A stretch of DNA of 64,000 bases from Bugula neritina (Eukaryota; Animalia; Bryozoa): assembly GCA_964035545.1 (NCBI GenBank), contig OZ037768.1, positions 12,533,675 to 12,597,674 on the forward strand, written 5' to 3'. A model generated the notes under the pieces. The model saw only the letters and a list, made by a program, of their open reading frames with translations, was not told where the DNA came from and made no database searches. Each line of letters opens with the position of its first letter. Position 1 is the first letter of the stretch. The translations under genes were made by a program, and so were the position numbers. Positions 1 through 20,885 of this stretch are shown piece by piece.

Positions 1-376
1 CTCTTTGTTGAATCAGTTGATGACTGTTTTTTTTGTGGTTTCTCAGCTTTTCCATGTGATGGGCACAATTGCTATAAATTCACTTTATTGTGAAATGCTT
101 TTATGGGCAAATGGAAGAGAATGTAGGGCCAAGTTTTTTGCTTGAGTTTCCTGATATTGTTATTACATATACATTTTTACACATCAATTACTAATTACAT
201 TCAATTATTTGAAAAAAATGTGATTAGTTACAACCAATTACAATTGCAACAACTGCAACCCTAGAATATAGTGCTGTTAGCACTCGACTAAAATATATTA
301 AAAACAATATGTATGTTTTCCTTCTATTTCTGGATATATATTATATTTAGGCTATAGTAAACCTGTTATAATGTAG

Positions 377-510
377 GTAGACGGATGTCTATGCTAGAAG
401 AGGCAACTGTTAAGAGTGATAGTAGATCATTTGATCTTCATGTGTATAAAGACATGTTGATTGTACCCAGATCTGATGAGAAGAAAGTTCTATTCTACCA
501 ACTCAACTGA
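377..510 (+). pseudogene. Terminal coding exon remnant (RRMSMLEEATVKSDSRSFDLHVYKDMLIVPRSDEKKVLFYQLN*), probably the last exon of a B-box/TRIM-like gene
   Basis: tgtag acceptor at 372-376, open frame to TGA at 508-510, conserved at 23119-23252, where it lies downstream of a B-box exon. The family assignment is inference. Confidence 0.45.
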
Positions 511-3050
511 ACAGGTATTATGTATATAGTAGGAGTTATGTCCTTCCTATGACATTTTGTAAGCTAATGCAGTCCATGCTTCAGACTTGTCCGTTATATT
601 ATATCAAGTAGGGACAACTTCAGAACTTTCCAATTCCCAAAATTCAAACACTTGCCAAAGCAAGACTATGTGGAAATGTTGAAAAAACTGTCAAAGTGAT
701 AGCATAGGATAACACTGTTTTGATCAATTAAATTTGTCAATTCATTTGCTGTGACATTAGATTTAGTTCAGCTTTTCTCTGCTTCCATCTTTGTCCAATT
801 CAATTTAACCTTTTTGTCTGGTATGTTTATCCTGCCAAACTCATTTCTTATCTTTCAGTTTATTCCCTAAGCCTTGGTTTATATTACTGGTTATGATATT
901 TCATAAGCAACTAGTAATCATGATACAATATTCTACTGTCTAGAATAGTAATTATTATTCTAAAGTTGTCCCCTCACTTCTTTTATTTTTCGTTACAAGA
1001 AATTAATTGATGTGGGAAAAGAGGTAGTTCTTGCAGCAGACGCATTTAGTTATTTGTTTGCAAAGTGAGATGTGAAAAAACAGCTGATTGGGCAGTTCTT
1101 TTGACCTAATAACACCTGTTGGTTATGTACATTACCATGATCTCATTCATACATTTGTTATTGTAGAATTATTGATAATGTTATCCATCATACAGTACTG
1201 GTGACTCTGTAGTAGCAGCTATTGTATATTTTCTACCTTATAAGAGTGAATATTCCATACTACTTGCTTTATATTGACGAGTAAAAACAGTTCATCATAT
1301 ATAGTATATACCTTTCAAGACTAATATATAGTTTGCTCTATACTACTTCTAGTAGTATATTGTCAGCATGTTTTAGGACTTGCAAATCAGTTTCAAAATT
1401 AGTCATGTGACATGTTGGTAATAGTCAAGCAGCCTAGTTTTTGGATTGTTGGAGAACATAAAAAGGTGGACCATTAGTGATAAACTTAAATTACTAATAG
1501 CATGTTATGTCACCCTTCACTCCTTATATATATTCCTGTATTGGTTATTGATACTGTCTTCTTGTTAAAAACGTCGTATTTGAGAATAGTTCTATTCACG
1601 TCGGACTGTGAATCTGAAAACTAATATAACATGGCTGATTTTTCAAGTTTTCGTTTAAAAACAGCAAAGCAAGAAGTAACAGTTACTCTGCACTACATGG
1701 GGTACATTAATGGCTTTCTATTCTAATAAAGCAACTGAACTATAAAGTATCTTTCTGACTACCCAGTGCAGTCTGACATAAGTTTGAAGTTGGTTTATAG
1801 AATTCCATTTCATTTGAGATTCATAAGAGCAGTCAATATAGTAGAGAGAAGATAATTCTCTCTCACAGGTTGTTCCCTAACTCTGGTCAGTTTTCATATA
1901 TTATGTATGTTATATTACAATAGAATTTTAATGAGACCATGATCTTAGTTCGTTTATAATTACATTTACCATTGAAAATTTAGCGCTGTTATAATTTACT
2001 CAAGTTGCAGACGGCCTCACATGCTCCAACAAATAAGTAAATAGGAAAACATGCTGAACATAGTACTGCTTTCTCAATTGTTCTTATATTAGGTTTTTAA
2101 AAACCTGCAGTAAAAAAGTTATTCAAAAATTCATTCACTTGAATCCAATTGTGCTGCAAGTACCAAATTTATATGAATTTCAATAATTTGTTATTATGGA
2201 TTAAATTAAATGCCAACTGTGTACCAATTTATAAAATATGGAGAACCTGCAATTGTTGCTTATAAGTCCTAATAATAGGATATTGAAGTTAATGTAATAG
2301 TAAATTTAAATATTTGCTAAATTTAAATTGAGATACCATTGTTGTATGACATCACAATCATAATACTACCCACAACAAAAACTGTTTACATCATAATTAT
2401 TAGTCTACATTTTTATTGAAAGCATTATTGTCTTAATATGCTTATAATGCAAAAATGATATTAGAATTATTCAGAAGCTTTCGGGCCTCAATTACCAATT
2501 TGGGTAAGTTTTGCATGAAATGCTAAATAATTTGCAAACTTGTCCAACACTATATATATGTTAGTCACTTGGGTTTAGTTGATTTTGTTCCAATATAAAT
2601 ATATTAATGAGTTACATGTATGTACACTCTTATAGTGACTGTATCATATGAATGTTTGTCATATCCTTCTCAGTTTGTCTAATTAAAGCTGCCTGCATTA
2701 CTATATGGCAATCTGGCCATATCATCCTGCCATCATCATAGCCAATCTGGCATAAGTTTAAATATTTTCATTCAAGTGTTTGCACACAGTGAAAATACAC
2801 ATCAATCTGGTGAATATAGTCCCATTAGATGAAGATGAACCACAAGTACAGTAGTGTTTTTTGACCACTATTTTTTTGTTTTGGGCGAAAGGTTACAGTA
2901 AATTTAGTAAAGATCTAGGCATAAAGTTAAAAGATTGGCTAATGGTGTGTTTGATATTTTGAAGTGGTATTCAAATCCCATAGACCTCTTTAAATCAGAT
3001 AGTAAAATGAATATATCCGAGTTTATACATGACAGTATTGTCACTTTTAG

Positions 3051-8276
<5,226 letters not shown>

Positions 8277-9564
8277 AGTTTTAAAACTATTATGTGAAGA
8301 TTATATAGAAAACTATATAAAAGACATTATTATTATTAACTGCTATATATAAATATTTATTATGTTGCATTGAAAAAGAATAAGTTCTTAGCTCTCAAAC
8401 TACTTTTGTGATTTAAAATGAAGTGTGCTTTATTCAATGCTTTGGGCCTCGATACGTTGTTTAGTCATCAAGTTGTTATTTTGATTCTCATTCTCCAACA
8501 TAAAGGGGAACTTCAAAACATATTTAACTACGAATTTGGCATCAAAGAAACTAAAATCTTTGGTTTTGATACTAATTTCAAGTGTTTTACCAATGTTTAC
8601 TTCTAAATACTTGTTGAGTGTATACTGCTTGCTGTAACATCTTACCTATATTCACCTATATTTGTCTATTTAAAGCACTTTTGTGTAATTATATACATTT
8701 TCTTGCGTAATCACACATAATCACATATGTATAATATAGAGCAGCAAAAGTGTGTATTAGTCTGTGCAATATATCTGAGGGTAAAATTATTTTCCTCATT
8801 CAATACACACATATAAAGTGTACACCAAAACATACTTTGTTGTTGATTTTATATTCCACATAAATCCCTGGTGCATGTAATGTTGATAAGCATAGTCAAC
8901 CACACTAATTATACATTTTACCACAAGTTAGTAAGGGGTGAAAACGAATATTATAAAAACTTGCCAACCAGCCAATTCTACTAAACCATCTTAAAATTAG
9001 CAGCATGCTTCTTTAAACAGCAAGTTAATTATTAGAATTAATTTGTTTGTGTTGTTTAAATTGATCAAAGTTGACAAAAGTAAACTCATTTGAAATATTA
9101 AGAACTCTCTATAACTTGACAAATGTTGATTTGATAAATCATTTATGATCCTCCAATTGTAATGGTAGTAGCCTACTCAGTATAATATTATAAGCATTAG
9201 TGAGAAAACATAGGAGTTACTTCCCCAAAGAAATTAGGTGTATAACATTCCTGGTGTGTAGCGTGTATAATGTCAATATACTTAGACACATTATATCCAA
9301 AACATTATAGCTGCAAAGATATTATATTTGCAAAGCCTAACCTGCAATGAAAAATGCAAGCAACTCCAGTGGCCAGTTTTGTTATGTGTTCTGGAGTTAT
9401 CCTACTTACCAATACATAGCTCATTTAGCTATGTACATGGTGAAGACCACAACCAACCTATATAAACTCTGAATAATGAGTTTGGCAGCCTTACGCAACT
9501 TGATACTCTTGTGATCAGTAATTTCTGTGCAGTACTAGTTTTGTATAATTGCCGAATAGGGGTA

Positions 9565-10612
9565 ACTGTGAAGTTCTTGGGACGTTCATCTAAATAGAAC
9601 ACAGTTGCATGCATACAGGATCTACCCCAAATATCATAATTGGCAAAATTATAACACATTTTACTAAAGTTTTTTCTGATGAAAATTCCTCTGAAGTGAA
9701 AAAAAAAATTTTCAGTTTATAAACAGTAATGATAATGGCGTACTGTAGAACCGAGTGATGTGCATTTGATTTAGCCTTCCTCTGCTATCAGTGGTGGCAC
9801 AAACTGTACAGCTAAAACATGAATTTTGCTGTAGATCTGAAAGAATATTTTTATTTATTTGTAATATTAAATAAATATAGATCAGATGGAACAAAATCTG
9901 CAAAGTTTCAATATATTTGTTGTGTCCCACCCAGTGGCCAATTGTACCCCGGTACCGGGGCACAATCGTCATGAAAATTTAATTATTCTGAAAGTTGTGA
10001 GAGAGATAGAAACAACAAACTGATACCTGTAATAGACAACAGATGCAGCATTAAGATTAGAGATTATTGAACTAGTAACTTGAAAAACAGAGGAATGAGA
10101 GGAAAAATTCCAAAATTCTACCCTTATTTTGCGCCCCCTCCCCGATCACCCCTATATTATAATATTATGTTGTTGAATAACGTTATGGCCAGCGGAAGTA
10201 TAACATCTTGTGTCTCCAGCTAAACATGACACGATAGTTTATGCCCAGGAACAGCAACTCCAAGTCATGCCTACTCTACTCATAGTCGTGTCGTCTCTAC
10301 ATGCGACGACCGGCCAATTAATATGGACAAAAACAAATAGAGTATAGGTCGACCAATCAGAGTCGAGCTCTTGTATATAACCAGCACCTTACGACGCCCA
10401 CGAGGGAAAGTACCACATGGGGCACAAATGAATGCCATAATACAGTTTGACCATAATACATGCAGTTGCTTGATACTGACACATAAGCGTGGCTCCAAGT
10501 AAGCATAGGAACAAGGGGGGGGGGGCATAGCGCAACATGCCTGGAGACTAAGCATTGCAACAATCTATCCCAGTGACATTCTGCCCTGTTTATTACAATT
10601 TCTTATGCTCGT
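9565..10612. repeat. Segment repeated in inverted orientation at ~58103-59000; includes an unclassified interspersed repeat abutting (TA)n
   Basis: ctgtgaagttcttgggacgttcatctaaatagaac matches the reverse complement of 58964-58998, and the spurious [13 protein letters not shown] appears in both copies. Confidence 0.8.
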
Positions 10613-10616
10613 TTCG

Positions 10617-10663
<47 letters not shown>

Positions 10664-12029
10664 GAGTGGCAGCCCAAGTGTAAAGGACAAACCCTGAGCT
10701 AGCCCACACTGTTATTCAGTAGCTACTTTTAATACCGTACTCTTTTCTTTACTTTATGTGACTTTTGCATAATGTAGTTTTTCTTACTTGTATTATTCTT
10801 GCTATCTGTCACAAATATTGCAGCATACCGCTGATAGCTGACACACAGACACACAGGCACATAACCCTACGTGATTAGATCATCTTAATAACCCACACGT
10901 AGTTAGTTATCCTCATAAATTTGCAACAATACATCATGTACTAGTTTCTAGCTTTGATCACTGCTTGTATTTAGTAGCTCACAATTTACTCACTGTCAAC
11001 AAAGCTCATTTGAAAAAAGTTCAAGTGGGTTTGAAAATAGTTGCTAATAAACATTATGACCAGTAACTGCTTGCACTGTGCAGGGACTTGAAGATTCAAA
11101 TACTTGATTTTAATTCCAGTTTAATGACTTTGCTTTGAAATACTTTGAAAATAAATCTATTCTAACATTTAAAATATTATGGAAAAACAGCAAATCTTCA
11201 TCAATTTTTTACAAAACTAAAATGTTTGCTACTGAGTCCTATTATATTATATTGAAGCTAGAGTAATAGTAGATTCAAACAATTTCTAAATTGAATCTAG
11301 AATGCCATTGTTGTATGACATCATCTCTATTTGTGTACATTTTTACAGAAAGCATTATTGTCATGAAGCTATGTTGAGGGTTAATATACTTATACTGCAA
11401 GAATTATATTAGGATTATTCAGAGACTTTTGAACTTCGATCATCAGTTAGGGTAAAGTTTGCATGAAAAAAATACTCAATAAATTAAAAGGAATTCTAGA
11501 ACGAGTTTTAGTAATTGGAAAATTTGGAACATCACTGAAGAAAACAGAACAACAAATGCAAGTAACATTTTCCAACCTCAATGTGAATGGGAAAATAAGT
11601 TCAACAAGGTAGGTTTACATGTAACGAGAGATGTTTGGGAGTAGCAAACCTCATCTGGAAGAATATAGTTATCAGAGAGCTAAGTATTACAAATCTCAGT
11701 CTTATACAAACTACCGGCTTGAGCATCACCAGCCAGCTGGATGGAATGTTTTAGATTATTACTAAAGAGAAACTGGTCTTCATATAATAGGTGATGGTCC
11801 TATATTCATACTGAGACAATAGATAGCATCTATAATGTGATGGATAACTGCAAGTACTCACATAACTCAATGTTATTGCAAGAAACATGCTCTTGGCTTC
11901 AAATTTGTGGGAGCATGGAATCTGGCCATGCAAACTTGGAAAACTTACCAATTTTTTATCTATCTTCATGCTAAAAAAACTTAAAATTTCCTTCTGCTTA
12001 ATATTTTGGAAGAAAATTGATCATATAAT

Positions 12030-13405
12030 GTTGACAACTATGTCTGTCAGCTGAAGAGCAACCGGTTCTAGCAGTTGAGGAGAGACTAGCACCATACTTC
12101 AACAGGATCTCTGCTATGAGAGCATGGTTTTTTTGCCTGCACATGTGCATTGGGGTTAATCCGTCCTAAAATATGCCATAGCAGTAGCAACTCGATCAAA
12201 TATTCAATATTCAATACTCAAATAATATTTAATAAGAAAAGCTTTCAATTTTATGTTTTCCACTTCATGATAAGGATCATAGTTCACGAAAATAATCAGT
12301 TGGTATAACAGTTGCAGTTGCAACATTGCAACATTATGCTGCCGCACTGGCAGTTGATCACAAAAAGTAACTGTAACATCGCCAGCTGTTTGGAAAAAAT
12401 AGACTTACTTTGGTATAACAGTTGGGACTAGCACCATTTTCCAACAGCATCGATACAATATCACTGAGTCCATCCTTAACAGCAAGGTGTAGGGGGGTGA
12501 ACCCATCTTCCGACTCTGCGCTTACTCTTGCCCCATACTCTATCAAAGCACAGACGATATCCATGTCACCTTTTCCCACAGCATAATGTAGAGGCGTGTA
12601 GCCATTCTGTAAACACAATTACTAGTAGCCATTTAGTAGACTTTATGACTCATCAGAGATTAGAATAAAGAATATAATTAACAAGATGTAAGCACTCTTA
12701 CTAACATTATGATGAGGGTTTCTAGATACAAGAAAATATAACAATTCTTTTTATAGGTTATGTAGTTCAACAGTAAGCAGAACATTAACATGGCCGTCCT
12801 AAAATGTACCATGATGACTTTATAACAGATAATGTAAGGGCTAAATCTCTTTCTACTTCATGTTTTGAAAGAAAGTTGATCATATTAAGTTGACCACTAT
12901 GTCTGTCAGCTGAAGAAAAATCGGTTCCGGCAGTTGAGGAGAGACTAGCACCATACTTTAACAGGATCTCTGCTATAAGAGTATGGTTTTTCTGCATGTA
13001 CAAGTGTATTGGGGTCAATTCATCATAAAATGTACTATGGCATTGGTATATTAACCAAACTTCTGCTTCAATTTTTGACAAACATTTTACAATATTTACC
13101 TGACCACTATGTCTGTCAGCTGAAGAAAAACCGGCTCTGGAAGTTGAACAAAGACTAGCACCATACTTCAACAGGATCTCTTCTACAAGGATGCGATCTT
13201 CTTCCATACTTAGATGCATTGGTGTTACTCCATTCTAATGGGGAGCCTGAAAAGTCAAACACTAAACTTATACTTAGTAATTCCAAGATTTTTGTTTTTA
13301 GGTGAATTTTCAAAGTTGAAATTCTTCTGACAATCAGCTGTGCTGTAAACAGCCGGAATGGTCTTTTTCTTTTTTAGTGTGAAAACACTCTTGTACTTCA
13401 AGCCT
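12030..13405 (-). pseudogene. Rearranged ankyrin-family paralogue fragment: linker exon (~13275-13402), tandem ANK-type segment (12785-13240), 2-ANK exon (12409-12606), single-ANK exon (~12040-12165)
   Basis: The 12358-12618 ORF is nearly identical to exon 4239-4436, and 12785-13219 carries two TP(M/I)HL...EILLKYGASL units. Exon order differs from copies 1-3 and no ZU5 exons follow. Confidence 0.7.
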
Positions 13406-16217
13406 AGATGAATATAATTATACTCTTTAACTCATATTACATTGAAAACATAACATTCTTTTTCATTAGGCTGATTGCTAGAACCATTAATCTGACTTAA
13501 ACTTTTGATAAATTGACAAATTTTGCATGTCTTTACGTTTGCGTTGTCCAAGTTCAACTTCACTTACTTTTATGTTTGCTTTAATATGGGAAACACATTT
13601 GACATTGGAGAAATATTTGTAATTTAATGTTGTAAAGCAATTTACTTAGCAGCATTTTAGCAAACAACGATAATTTTATTCCTGTTTTTGAGATACAATA
13701 GCTAACCTTAGCTATATTTTAAGATGATGTTAATTGTCTATTTAAATCACTTGCTGTAAATTTATATACATCTGGTTATCTATTTATTTATACAGCAGCA
13801 TAGCGTTTCTTTTTCACTTTACAATATTTATGGATAAACTGTCTTTTGTTATTCAAGAAATAAATATACACAAATCAACCTTTCATGCTCATTGACATTT
13901 CTACATAAATGACTTTTGCATATATTGTTAATGGGTATGGTGAACCACACTAATTATATTCAATACCAAACACCATTCATGGATAAGTATGATTATAGAA
14001 AATTCTAAAACAGCTATTATAGTGACAAAAATGTCTGAAATTGAAAATGTCAGTCTAATTTTACAACAAAACCAATAATTGAAAATAAATAGTTTGTGCT
14101 TTCTAAATTGATGAAAATAAATCTCTCAGTTTGTGTAGCAGAGTTATTATAATTATCAAAAGATATCTGCTTGGCAAATCTTGATTTGATAAATTAGTTA
14201 TTATGATTCTCTAAGTGTGATGGCACCAATCAGTATTTATGTACATAGGTAATTGTGAGGTATTTTTAGGAGTTATTACTCCAAGAAATATTATAATTAT
14301 AAAGTTGTTGTGTTTAATATGTAATGACAATCTATTTAATTACAATATATTCATAGCAATGTAATTATAATATTAGCATACAGTGTGCTTAAGCACCTGT
14401 TGTAATTACACTGGATTTTAAACATAACCAGAGTAACATTTATTAATAACAATAATCTCAATTAAATGTAGCTGGAAAATGTCTATTAAAGTTATGCACA
14501 ACTGATTGTAGCTGCCAGCTGCATTGGAAAGATATGTCCGTTGTACTTAACAGTCTCTATTGAAACCTTCTAGAGGAGAAATGCAAATCATGTTCATTCT
14601 GCCAAAAAACAGAAGTTGAACGAAAAAGGGATCACTGCTACCACCTCCTGTACCAGCATAACTATCTCACACATTAGGTGTTGATTTGTTTTCTTTGAAT
14701 GTAAAAAATCCTGTGTTATTAGTATATGTAGTATTATTGTAATATGCTTTATTGAGCATTAAACATATGAGAAGAGAAAGAGTGAGTGACAATATGTGCC
14801 TAAAATATTGGCTTTTTTCCTATGAAGCCTGTATATATGAAGATACAGGAGTAGAAAATTTGCCTAAAATTTAATGGCTGGTTGTTTAATGACCTAAGAG
14901 TGATACAAGGCGTTGCATTATAGTGGATTTGTTGACAGGAGTTTTTAGCTACTATTGAAAGCCTGAGGTGGTATTATCTGATAATCAAGTACATTCTATT
15001 ATAATATAGTATTTCTAAGAAACATCTCTCAGTTGAATTAAATTAATACAAGGTGAAATACTATGATCTAAATTTGGTAAGCAAAAGGTTGGGTGAAATA
15101 AAAAGCAAAGTTAATGTAAGTGCGAATCCTTTAGTTCTTAAAAAAAGCAACTCAAAGAAAAATCACTGACAGATAAATGACACTCAGGTAGGAATGCTGG
15201 TGCTGCTAATTTTACACCAAACAATCAATACATGAGAGCAGTCCATCCAGTATGGCTTAAGAATTGATTGCCATACCTGACCCCTGCTGAGGTCGTAACT
15301 TGATTGAGCATGTATATGGCATAAGGATTGCACCGGTGTTAAGCAAAAATGGAACAGGTAAAAATGGCACAGGCAATGACGACAAAGGTAATCGTTTGAA
15401 TTTGAGGATAGGGTTTTGGGTTCGATTTGTGAGATGGGAGGTTCAACGGTTGTAGGTTAGAGGTTTAAGGTTTCAGGTTGGAAGTCTAGGGTTTAGAGTT
15501 TCATCACTGTTTATGTGAGTATTCCAATGTTTTGTAATTGTTATTGTAATTGTTTGTGGAAAAACAGATATTGAGATAAGGAAGTTTGGATTAGTTTCGA
15601 GTGGTAGATAATCTTTAATCGGTTTCAAACCATAAGCCAGAGAATGTACTACTATATTAGCATAAGTAATGCTTAGGCACAAAATATTATATGACCAAGT
15701 ACACTAATTACTATAACATATGTTACAGAGTATACACATAATACAAATTAATACAATTACATTGTAACAATAGAATGATGGTGGGGAGGCCAAACATATC
15801 AGGGTGTTGGGTTATAACAGTTATATGTTAGAGTATTAGCACTAAGTATATAGCTGATAGCCTGAGGCCTAAGTCAATTGTCAGCCGCCATCATCAACAA
15901 TCACAGAACTCAATTAAATTGTAATGATTGAGCATTATTAATGACTTGTGTGAAGTTGACGCTGCCCCATGTTTAGCTGTACACATGTAAAGTTTGAGAA
16001 GAGATCTTTAAACTATTATATTTTTATCAAAGAAGAACAATCTAATTGCAATTCCTTGAGTTGCAGCCTCATCACCATATATCTTTATACATTCTACTGA
16101 ACTCTTGTTTTTGTGTACAAAAAAGTTGTTCTATATATGCAGGCAATCGATATAGCCTTTTGATTAACAGAGCACATATAAATAATATATAATAATTATT
16201 TTTAGCTAAAGTGTGCT

Positions 16218-18778
16218 CACAGTTAGTTTAAGGTCATTACTTTCCAGACTAAGGCACTGCTTTATGTTATATATAAACGGTTTCCAGGGGATAGCTCGAA
16301 CAGTTTTTGTCTCACATTAACAAATTTTACATGAAAAGATAGCTCTTGCATTCCTCTTTCATATACTTTTTTAATTTTTCAATAAAAAATTTTCTGAGAA
16401 AGTTGTTGCATAATAAGTAAAATTTTACACCCTCCATGTTCCACTGCTGTAACACAGGGGATTCATTTTATAAAGTATAAAAGTTAAACTTGACATTCCT
16501 TGATATGTTTTCTCTAATATACTTTCTTTGTTTTTTGAAATTCTGTTTATGCTCTTCACAATTTGGTAAAAACATACACCATTTTGCAAGTTTCACTGCA
16601 ATTTTCTAAATTCTTCATATGGTGGTTCTAGCTACGCTCCTGTGACTAATTATAACATTCCTAGTACGTTTGCCGCTCTGCACACTATCACAATAACATA
16701 TAGTACCCTCTCGCACAAATTGGCAATCTATTGGATTTCTGCCAATATAATGTTCCCTGTTTTACATTAGCACTTAGCTGAATCATCTCACTATGTTACA
16801 ATAATATATTGAAAATGCCTCAGCACAACATAATTCTTTGTTTGTTTGGCAGAGTTAATTTCAGCTAAATCACTTCACTTTGCAGTCTTGTCAGTAAAGG
16901 TCTGTCTATAGCGCAGCAAGTGTACTTTCAGTTTCTCTAATTCACATATGATTATTTTAAGTACATTGTATTCTATAAGATCAATTTAAGGTTTAGTCCA
17001 GTGTTCAGTATCTAATTATTATGCATGTATGTTGTCTTACTGTTGAACAAAAGTTAAAAAAAAACTTTACAATTATAGCCATATTTATTATACATGCGTA
17101 GGATTTGCATAAGTTGACAAAAAAAATTGCAACAAAACAGGGTTGAACCATGACCAACCAACTCGTCGCTGACGCCTCTAACCTCTGGACCACGCAGACA
17201 TCGTTATTGAGACGCGCACTATATGAGTCACTATCATTACATAAATATTTCGCGCGCAAATGGGTTATAATTATTAGGCTGTCAATTCATGTTGATAGCA
17301 GTCGACTGTTGCAATAGTCTCGGGTTACTGGCAAAGCTAATGGTTTTGAACAAATAACCCAAAAGTTTAAAAATAAGTAGCTTGCGTATTACTAGCTACA
17401 AAAACAGGTCTGAAATAGACTGGTAAAGCAAGCTCTTATTGTAGAGTTTGCAGATGTGCTCTAAAATAAAACTTAAACTGTATGCTATTACATAAGTATT
17501 TGTATGCAGAGATAAATGGACATTACTGAGTTTCTGGAAAACAACATACTTGAAGTTAACTTTGACAATGGTGTGTTATTTTCATCATAGCTAGCCTATA
17601 GCATAAATCTCTAATCATATGAATCTTTATGAAGCCCACAGCTCATGTAAGGGTGGCAATGTAATTTGAAATGAACAATTATGTTGCTGCATTGTGTCTA
17701 AGGTATATTAGAGAGCAGAATTTGGTTTCACTAGCCTACCCCAACGGCATTCTACAATGCAGCTTATATGCTGGCAGTTGTAACAAGTACTGCCAATAGC
17801 AAGGTTACTATCACTGCTAGCTCTGTGCAGTATGTAACCTCTTGAATAATTGCGCCAATTTTAAACTCTTGGAAGTTGGCCAAGTTATCATATCGCAGCC
17901 AGCCACCGGAGACAAAGCATCAGAGCTATTCATATAATATTATACTGATGCACTTGGTAGCAGAGTGGCTAACCTAATATAGTTCATAGTTCAACACCCT
18001 TTACTTTGGGAATACAGCCTCTTTTTTTAGGTTTACCTTACAAAGCATGAAAATATCTAAACTGATATTCTGATAATTTAGAGGTACATTTTGAAAACTA
18101 GGTTAATTGCACTTGTTTGCACAACAATAATAAAATAGATATTATGCAGTATAATAAAAACACACATAATACTATATAATATATTATAATGATAATAATA
18201 TAATATTATAAGTACCATTACTGCATTTTATAAATCACATGGTTGCCAAAAAAATGTATCACAAATTTTGTAATTATACATCAAAAATAGAACTAGCTAG
18301 GCAGCAGGTTAGAATAGAGTAAATTTTTAAAACATGAAATCATGATTTGACTATTGTTTTATTTAGGCCAACCAACCTAGGAATACAAGATTGGGTTTTA
18401 GCTGACAGTTTATAACATTTAGCTTTTGAGCCAGCAGCACTGGCACTTGTGAAGTATAGGCCAAGTTAGTGAAGCGAGACTAACGAGCACTCAAATACAA
18501 GGCATATTGAGACACAATAACAAGTCAGGAGCGTATAAATTGAAAAGAATGTGGAAGGGGGACTATGTTTTTCAACAAGCTATAACTTAAACATGAATTG
18601 GCTTTTGAAAAAAATAAAAAAGTATATTGGAGAACATAAGTTTCTTTATCTTTTCATATTTTTTTTGTTCCTGTGACATTCAACCTGTTCGAGCTATCAG
18701 TGGAACATTGTTCATATAGAACATAAAGCACCTGGCAAAGAGCCAGAAAATGAAAAGTATGACCTTAAACCAACTGTG
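16218..18778. mobile_element. Non-autonomous TIR DNA transposon, CMC/EnSpm-like
   Basis: Ends are CACAGTTAGTTTAAGGTCAT and ATGACCTTAAACCAACTGTG. Inner inverted repeats are tgctttatgtt...gatagctcgaacag and ctgttcgagctatc...aacataaagca. A 2-bp CT lies on both sides, and there is no transposase ORF. Confidence 0.7.
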
Positions 18779-18843
18779 CTGTTTTAAAATGCAAAAGTTT
18801 AAGTTCTGATCTCACTGAAATTATTACACTATACCCTACTTGG

Positions 18844-19415
18844 CAAGGTAGGGGTCAATTACGTGAAGGTAATTAATAACAATTACAATTACATGAAACT
18901 TGTCAATTACAATTATAATTATAATTACATTTAAAAATGATGTGATTAATAATTATAATCACAATTATATGGTAATTTAATTAATTATGGCATGGAATTA
19001 CAATATCTTTTGTTCTCACAAAGAATAAATAAGAGTTATATATACAGTCTCACTTCTGTGGTTTAAATACTCAAGCAATTTTGGCAGTAGAGAACCTCCG
19101 TTGTTCCAAACAGTAATTTATAGGATGATACAATACCAAGTTGAACAAATCTAAACTTGTCTATAGTTGTTATTTAGCAGAAGACATAGTAGGAAAAGTA
19201 TTACATGTTCAAAAACTTAATACTTTGAAGTAATTGACATGTAATTATAAAGTAAGTGTAATAATCAATTACGTTAGATATGTAATTAGTTACAATTATA
19301 ACAATGAAAATTATCTTTTTATACATCAATTACAGATTATATTCAATTACTTGAAAGAATATAGTTATAATTACAACCAATTGCAATCACAAATTATAAT
19401 ATTAGCCCAACTCTT
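18844..19415. mobile_element. Non-autonomous hAT element with AATTAC subterminal repeats (same family as 23848-25893)
   Basis: 8-bp TSD CTACTTGG at 18836-18843 and 19416-19423; degenerate TIRs caaggtagggg/gcccaactctt. Confidence 0.8.
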
Positions 19416-19801
19416 CTACTTGGTGACATTTTAAGTTAATTCCAGTGGGAATATAGAGTATTATACTATATAAAATGATGAATATATCTGATTTAATAGA
19501 GTTCAATATGCTTTAGAAAACCAGAGCAGAACCTATAAACTGCTAAGTTGTTTTCAATTGACATAAACACTACTTTTCTTTGTTTTTTTCCAGTTAGAAC
19601 TAATTGAAACAGAATTGAATAACAAAAGCACTCCTAATAGCTTATTGAATGTCTTACATGCAAATTAAACAAAGACGCGAGAAATTTATACTGCTGCAAA
19701 GCATACTAGTAACATTACCATGTAGCTTTTAAAAGATTTCAAAATGAATTTGGTCAAAAGAAAAAAGGTGGTGATTCAAACAAAAGCAAACAGCAAAGAG
19801 A

Positions 19802-19804
<3 letters not shown>

Positions 19805-19897
<93 letters not shown>

Positions 19898-19931
19898 GTG
19901 TGCGTGTGTGTGCGTGTGTGTGCGTGTGTGT
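19805..19931. repeat. (TG)n microsatellite
   Basis: Direct reading. Confidence 0.98.
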
Positions 19932-20181
19932 AATAAAAAATACTCACGCAAGTTTATAGTCACTATTCCTCTGAGAAACCCCTGATGGAAAGGACTATTA
20001 CACACACAGGTCAGTGGCTATAGTGGCTAATTTATCTGACGAGTGCACATCGTTCTTGTGTACGAAACTACTAGTAATAAATGCCATTATATTAATCAAA
20101 TCTCATTTTACTTCTTCTAATGTTTATGCTCTAGATTTATTTCTATAGAGCACTCTAGTAACGTTTTATAAACACTCATTT

Positions 20182-20885
<704 letters not shown>

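Noticed and set aside
2465-2503. Candidate upstream exon of the mini-ankyrin (ends tgg|gtaagt; similar sequence at ~11415, ~27350, ~51775)
   Set aside because: No start codon or reliable phase link to exon 3051 could be established.
15245-15325. SINE-like fragments (also ~36195-36280)
   Set aside because: Too decayed; no convincing A/B boxes.
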